Source: Candidatus Latescibacterota bacterium (GTDB lineage: Bacteria; Latescibacterota; UBA2968; GCA-2709665). From it: a DNA stretch of 64,000 nt. The stretch spans positions 320,001 through 384,000 of the forward strand of contig OZ242180.1 in the NCBI GenBank assembly GCA_965205485.1, given 5' to 3'. Of the stretch, positions 59,281-64,000 are shown in pieces (position 1 is the first letter of the stretch; the number at the start of each line of letters is the position of its first letter). The notes beneath the pieces are model-generated. The model worked only from the letters and a program-made list of their open reading frames with translations. It had not been told where the DNA came from and searched no databases. The translations under genes were made by a program, and so were the position numbers.

Positions 59281-60045
59281 CTACCACTCCTCCCGTGCGA
59301 TTCGAAAATCCTGATTCGTATCGATCTCCATGTACCCTCCGTCCGTCTCCATCAGATGGATCGGGATTTCCGCGTCCAGCATCTCCTGGTACAGGTCGAT
59401 CAGGAACGCCTTCTGAAAGGTGGCGGCCGATTGAAAGGGCCGGCCGTTGTACAACGCCTTTGCCCGGTGATACGCATCCCGCAACTGCACGGTTCCGTCC
59501 GGTCCGAAACGGGCGATACCCGTGTACTCGCCGTGGGCGATTTCGCCAGGCACGTTCCTCCCGATCGCCACCACCCGGTTGCCTACGCTGGCCATCTTCT
59601 CCGCATCGGTCTCCGGATGCTCGCTCCGCTTCTGATATCGGGTACGCCACGCCGTGTCGCAGACCAGCGTGATCTCGTGCAAACTGCGCATCAGGTTCGA
59701 GACAATCTCCGGTCTGTAGAGAATATCCGAATAGACGCAGACGAAGCCATCGTCCATATGAAACTCCGCGTGCATCAGCGAAATCAGGATATTGTTGTTG
59801 GGCCAGTCCGCATTGTGACAAAACGTAAGGCCGGGATACCCGGTCTGCACCTGTTCGATGCGGTAGCCGCCGACGAACACGATCTCGCGCAGACCGGCCG
59901 AACGTAGGGCGTCGAGGCCCCAATCCAGAATGCGCCGGCCCTTCACTTCGGCGAGGCATTTCGGCGCGTTCTTCGTGTGCGGCATCAGGCGCATTCCTCG
60001 TCCCGCACCGATGATGATCGCTTTCAACGTCTGAAACCCTTTCAC
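59281..60045 (-). CDS. Nucleotidyltransferase, phosphocholine/phosphonate cytidylyltransferase-like
   Basis: IIGAGRGMRL...PKCL; YSDILY; GEYTGI; MEIDTNQD. Confidence 0.85.
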   Translation of the reverse strand: MKGFQTLKAIIIGAGRGMRLMPHTKNAPKCLAEVKGRRILDWGLDALRSAGLREIVFVGGYRIEQVQTGYPGLTFCHNADWPNNNILISLMHAEFHMDDGFVCVYSDILYRPEIVSNLMRSLHEITLVCDTAWRTRYQKRSEHPETDAEKMASVGNRVVAIGRNVPGEIAHGEYTGIARFGPDGTVQLRDAYHRAKALYNGRPFQSAATFQKAFLIDLYQEMLDAEIPIHLMETDGGYMEIDTNQDFRIAREEW

Positions 60046-61004
60046 TAAACCGCTTCAGGAAAAACCCGGGACAAAAATAAAGCCAGAAAGCGACTGGCGT
60101 CTACATCCAACGCGCATCTGACCGGCAACCCCTTACGGTCCCCGTCCACCGTGAACGACCGCCGGTCGGCCACGACCTGTCCCGCGGTGAGATCACCCTC
60201 TGTCTCCACGTCCGCGAATACCGTCTCGAATCGGAAAATGGACGGATCCGTCGCCAGCGCAACGGCCAATGGATCGTGAAGAAAAAACCGGCGCCCCGCC
60301 TGTAGCCGCATGGCAAGATCCATGGCCGGCCGCACCGCTTCCTTCACAAATCGGCCCTCCGGCGTTGCAGGCATCTCCGCAAGGTGCGTTGCCGCCAGCG
60401 CCACCCGATGCGTCACGTCCAGCGGCGCCAATTTAATACTTGCACCGGAACGAACGACCTGCCTCGCGGCATCGGGGTCCGCGAAGAAATTGAATTCGGC
60501 CACGGCCGTAACGTTACCGGGCTCGTCAACGGCGCCGCCCATCACGCACACCTCCCGGGCTTTTCTCAACACTCCGGGCGCCCGCGCTTCCGCCAGGGCC
60601 AGGTTGGTCAACGGCCCGACGGCGATCAACGTCACCTCCCCCGGCCGTGTCGAAAGGGTTTCAATCATAAACGAGACCGCGTCACCCGATGGCGAGCGGT
60701 CCGGCAACGGCAGTGCGGAATCCCCAAGTCCTCCGGGACCGTGTACCTCGGTCGCGTAAACGGCTTCCTTCCGGAGAGGACCTTCAGCGCCGCTGTATAC
60801 CGGAATCCCGCCGCGACCGAGCAAATCCAGCACCTTCAGCGCGTTCCCGGTTCCAATGTCGAGCGGCACGTTGCCGCTCACGGTGCAGATTCCAAGCACG
60901 TCCAGTTCGGGGGAGCCCAGCGCCAGCATGATGGCCAAGGCGTCGTCGACACCCGGATCCGCATCCAAAATCACCGGCCGGCTGTCGGATGACTCAAACC
61001 CCAT
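60045..61004 (-). CDS. Nucleoside hydrolase (IU-NH family)
   Basis: DADPGVDDA; VHGPGGLG; GPLTNLA; AEFNFFADP; LHDP. Confidence 0.92.
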   Translation of the reverse strand: MGFESSDSRPVILDADPGVDDALAIMLALGSPELDVLGICTVSGNVPLDIGTGNALKVLDLLGRGGIPVYSGAEGPLRKEAVYATEVHGPGGLGDSALPLPDRSPSGDAVSFMIETLSTRPGEVTLIAVGPLTNLALAEARAPGVLRKAREVCVMGGAVDEPGNVTAVAEFNFFADPDAARQVVRSGASIKLAPLDVTHRVALAATHLAEMPATPEGRFVKEAVRPAMDLAMRLQAGRRFFLHDPLAVALATDPSIFRFETVFADVETEGDLTAGQVVADRRSFTVDGDRKGLPVRCALDVDASRFLALFLSRVFPEAV

Positions 61005-62505
61005 ACAGCGGTCCGAACTTTGCCTTCAGGTGCGTCATCAATGCCCGGTGACCCAGGGGTTCCCCTGAAACCTCCTCCACCAGTTCCGTTGCCCGGTAGT
61101 GCATCCCGTGCCGGTGGATCCTTTCCCTCAGCCAACTCAGCAGCGGGTTGAACTCGCCGTCTGCAAACTGCCCTTTGAGATCGCCCAGGTCCCTGCGGGC
61201 CGCTTCGAAAAACTGAGCGGCATACAGATTTCCCAACGCATAGGTCGGGAAATAACCGATCAGTCCGGCGCTCCAGTGCACGTCCTGAAGACATCCGTGC
61301 GCATCGTCCGGCGGTCTCAATCCGAAATCCCGCTCGAACCGCTCGTTCCACGCGCCGGGAACGTCCGCTACCGCCAGATCGCCCTCCACGAGCGCCTCCT
61401 CCAGCGCGAATCGCAGCATAATGTGCAAATTGTACGTGGCCTCGTCCGCTTCCACCCGGATAAACGACGGCCGCACGTCGTTGACCGCGAAATAAAACGC
61501 ATCCGGTGAGACATCCGCCAGAGCCGCGGGAAACACGTCCCGCGCTTTCGGGAAGAAATGCGTCCAGAACGCCCTGCAGCGCCCCACGAAATTCTCCCAC
61601 ATGCGGGACTGGGACTCGTGAATTCCCAGAGACACTGCATCTCCCATCGGCGTTCCCGAATGCGCGTCATCCAGTCCCTGGTCATACAGGCCGTGACCCG
61701 CCTCGTGCAGCGTTCCGAAGAAAGCCTGCGCAAACCGGTTGCGATTGTACCTGGTGGTTATTCTCGTATCTCCGGGGCCGATCCCGGTACAGAATGGATG
61801 TACGGTCTCGTCCAGTCGCCCTCGCTCGAAGTCGAACCCGATGGCCGCAGCCGCCGCGATTCCGAATGCGGTCTGATCCGCAATGGGATAGTCGCGTGTC
61901 AGAATCGACGCGTCCGGCGCCCTTCCGGAATCCACAATGGCCGCGACCAGCGGGGCCAGTTCGTCACGGAACGCGCCGAAAACCCTCTTGAGATTCTGCG
62001 AGGTCTCTCCGGGTTCAAACCGGTCCAGGAGCGCGTCGTATGCCGAGCCTCCGGTCTTTAGCGCCTCCGCCGCCTCCCTGGTGAGCCGCAACACCTCCTC
62101 CAGGTGCGGCCGGAACGTCTCGAACGCCGATTTCTCACGCGCCTCCTGCCAGGCCTGCTCCGCCAGCGTGGTCGCCTTCGCCAGCGCCACCACCAGAGAC
62201 CGCGGCAACTTCGTCCGCCTGTCGTATTCACGCCGGATTTCCCTGACGTTAACGGCGGGCGCCGAATCCGGCGTGAATTGCTCGTCGCCTTCCTCGATGC
62301 GCGACAGCAATTCGCCAATCTCGGGCGCCGTCGCACGCTCGTGCGCAAGGCCGGCAAGCAACGCGTGCTGCTCGGCGCGGTGCGCGGCGGCGCCGCGGGG
62401 CATGTAGGTGCGTTCGTCCCACCCCAGCACGGCCGCGCAGGACTGGATCAACTGGAGTTCCTTCCAACGGCCGACGAGGTCCTCGTAAGCCCGCTGCATG
62501 GACAT
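60994..62505 (-). CDS. Carboxypeptidase M32 (Taq family)
   Basis: HPF; HEAGH; HESQS; IRVEADE; GCLQDVHW; GYFPTY. Confidence 0.95.
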   Translation of the reverse strand: MSMQRAYEDLVGRWKELQLIQSCAAVLGWDERTYMPRGAAAHRAEQHALLAGLAHERATAPEIGELLSRIEEGDEQFTPDSAPAVNVREIRREYDRRTKLPRSLVVALAKATTLAEQAWQEAREKSAFETFRPHLEEVLRLTREAAEALKTGGSAYDALLDRFEPGETSQNLKRVFGAFRDELAPLVAAIVDSGRAPDASILTRDYPIADQTAFGIAAAAAIGFDFERGRLDETVHPFCTGIGPGDTRITTRYNRNRFAQAFFGTLHEAGHGLYDQGLDDAHSGTPMGDAVSLGIHESQSRMWENFVGRCRAFWTHFFPKARDVFPAALADVSPDAFYFAVNDVRPSFIRVEADEATYNLHIMLRFALEEALVEGDLAVADVPGAWNERFERDFGLRPPDDAHGCLQDVHWSAGLIGYFPTYALGNLYAAQFFEAARRDLGDLKGQFADGEFNPLLSWLRERIHRHGMHYRATELVEEVSGEPLGHRALMTHLKAKFGPLYGV

Positions 62506-62614
62506 TATACTTCTCCCTTTACCGACGACCCTTTCGAATGCCGCCGCAATCTAACCTACGCCACGTCTACGGTCAAGCGGATTCACCATATACACCGATA
62601 CCACGGGCCTGACA

Positions 62615-62643
62615 TTGACAATCATGGCTGTACGGGATATATT
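62615..62643 (+). promoter_or_regulatory. Sigma70-type promoter upstream of the selenoprotein gene
   Basis: TTGACA-17 nt-TATATT. Confidence 0.65.
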
Positions 62644-62649
62644 AGAAAG

Positions 62650-62790
62650 CGAGGAGTGGAGAGCCAAGAGAGAGAAAAGAGGAGTGAGGAAATGCAGATC
62701 GGGAGCCGCGGTAGGGTAGAGAAGCGAGAGGCCCTCGACCCTCTCTTTTCTCACTACTCTCCGCTCTCTCCTCGACTTTCTTCTCTTTCA
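62650..62790. repeat. 7-mer periodic purine tract with complementary pyrimidine tract
   Basis: GCGAGGA GTGGAGA GCCAAGA GAGAGAA AAGAGGA GTGAGGA ... CTCTCTT TTCTCAC TACTCTC CGCTCTC TCCTCGA. Confidence 0.6.
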
Positions 62791-62815
62791 TCCGCACACG
62801 TCAAGGAGGCGCTGC

Positions 62816-63052
62816 ATGCCCAGAATCGACATCGAATACTGCGCGGCTTGAGGCTACGAAGATCAGACCGTCAGTTTGACGGACAGGCTGCTGAGAGAAT
62901 TCAAGCAGGACATCGATAGCTTCACGCTGATTCCCGCCGGCGGCGGACGTTTTGAAGTCACCATCGACGGGGAACTCGCTTTCTCCAAGCTCAAGGAGGG
63001 CCGATTTCCCGATTACGACGAGATCCAGCCCGAAGTCTCGAAACGCATATAA
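62816..63052 (+). CDS. SelT/SelW/SelH (Rdx) family selenoprotein, 78 aa, UGA=Sec at 62849-62851
   Basis: AAGGAGG RBS; MPRIDIEYCAA-U-GYEDQ...LIPAGGGRFEVTIDGELAFSKLKEGRFPDYDEI; CxxU motif. Confidence 0.88.
62864..62890 (+). promoter_or_regulatory. Candidate bacterial SECIS hairpin
   Basis: CCGTCA-GTT-TGACGG stem-loop (62868-62882); the G-initiated loop starts 22 nt after the UGA. Confidence 0.65.
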
Positions 63053-63180
63053 TACATGATGTTGTAAACCAAGGGTCGAGACTGTTGATGACCGTCTCAT
63101 CACTTTTTCGCGTTGGATCCTATAATCGTCGCCGAACGCCGATTCTGCGGAACTCGTCATTACAACCGGACCGGAGCCCG

Positions 63181-64000
63181 ATGAACAGTAAGTGTCTGTG
63201 TAATCTCATACTCCTGTCGGCCCTTGTCGGCTCGGGATGGATTGCAGGTTGCGCCGGCAGGAACGTCTCCATTCTCGTAACCCGTCCGGCTGAGATCAAC
63301 CTGAGCCAATATGACAGGATCACGATTGGAGAGATAACAGGTTCGGGGAGCGGAATCGTCTCCAGACTCAGCGATCTGGGCAAGTTCCTTCAGGGCGTGG
63401 AATCCAGGGACACGTGGGTCCGACGACTCTCCGCCGAGATGTCGCAAGCCCTTTCAGCTTCCGGGCGATTCGAGCTTCTTGACTATGGAAACCTGCAAAC
63501 CGGACGCGGGCGGGACGATGAAAACGGGAACATCGTCCTGATTACGGGTGGCATCCTGGCGTACGACTACGACGAAGAGGAAATCAACGAAGACGTCACG
63601 AAGAAGAACAGAAAGACAGAAGAGGGAACCACCGGGCGGGAATACAAACGCAAGGGTACCGCGCGGGTTGAAGTCCAGCTTCGACTCGTGGACTTGCGCA
63701 CATCCAGGATTCTGGCCAGCAGAAATTTCATCCGGCGTGAGACAATAAGAACGTCCGGGAAGACTCCGGAGAAAGCAGGCATCGACAACGCCGATCGCAG
63801 GCGCCTGTTCGCGGCATGCCGCGCAGATATCGTACGGGCTATTGGGCGGATGATTGTGCCGTATACCGAGCGCGTATTCGTTTCGTTTGAAACCGACAAG
63901 AAAATGCCGGAACTGGAAAACGGGTTCAGAACGGTTCAAGCCGGTAACTGGGATTCCGCGGTCGAGATCTTTCACGCGGCTACAGAGACCTATTCCAATT
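63181..64000 (+). CDS. Lipoprotein with CsgG/TolB-N-like fold, then TPR-like helices (3'-truncated)
   Basis: Open to the window end; signal peptide with lipobox IAGC; VTRPAEINL; RLVDLRTSRIL; GNWDSAVEIF. Confidence 0.7.
   Translation, partial: MNSKCLCNLILLSALVGSGWIAGCAGRNVSILVTRPAEINLSQYDRITIGEITGSGSGIVSRLSDLGKFLQGVESRDTWVRRLSAEMSQALSASGRFELLDYGNLQTGRGRDDENGNIVLITGGILAYDYDEEEINEDVTKKNRKTEEGTTGREYKRKGTARVEVQLRLVDLRTSRILASRNFIRRETIRTSGKTPEKAGIDNADRRRLFAACRADIVRAIGRMIVPYTERVFVSFETDKKMPELENGFRTVQAGNWDSAVEIFHAATETYSN

Noticed and set aside
62801..63975. Minus-strand ORFs 62801-63160, 63160-63447 and 63454-63975
   Set aside because: Antisense to the selenoprotein and lipoprotein genes, which have RBS and family motifs

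Overview
GC-rich chromosomal window from a diderm bacterium (Lol, Omp85 and lipoprotein genes; an FCB-like lineage is only a guess). Left to right: an oligopeptide ABC operon (end of oppA, oppB, oppC, oppD, oppF) interrupted between oppC and oppD by five tightly packed uncharacterised genes (one soluble multidomain protein, four membrane proteins); a 1188-aa metallopeptidase/beta-propeller/Omp85-like protein; a UbiA + DUF362 + kinase-like unit; AIR-synthase-like, Fe-ADH and LarA-domain genes; an AT-richer accessory patch (gene remnants, RDD, orphan antitoxin) ending in a ~1740-aa exonuclease-RecQ-UvrD fusion; a probably frameshifted heparinase-like gene and a transglutaminase-like gene; pyrC-carA; LytR_C-rsfS-mtnA; a minus-strand catabolic cluster (creatininase, SelA-like PLP enzyme, amidohydrolase, enolase-like, M20, 2-hydroxyacid dehydrogenase, sulfatase); aroC with an adenylate-forming enzyme; mutY; SDR; two tandem lolC/E-like genes; rsgA; an M32-nucleoside hydrolase-nucleotidyltransferase-MetE-like operon; a SelW/Rdx selenoprotein (CxxU plus SECIS-like hairpin) missing from the ORF track; and a truncated lipoprotein. 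Intergenic DNA carries two MITE-like families, REP-like palindromes and 7/8-mer periodic purine/pyrimidine tracts. No tRNA, rRNA, CRISPR array or transposase was seen. The best candidate for an undescribed system is the five-gene cassette inside the opp operon. Family names come from motif recognition, not database searches.
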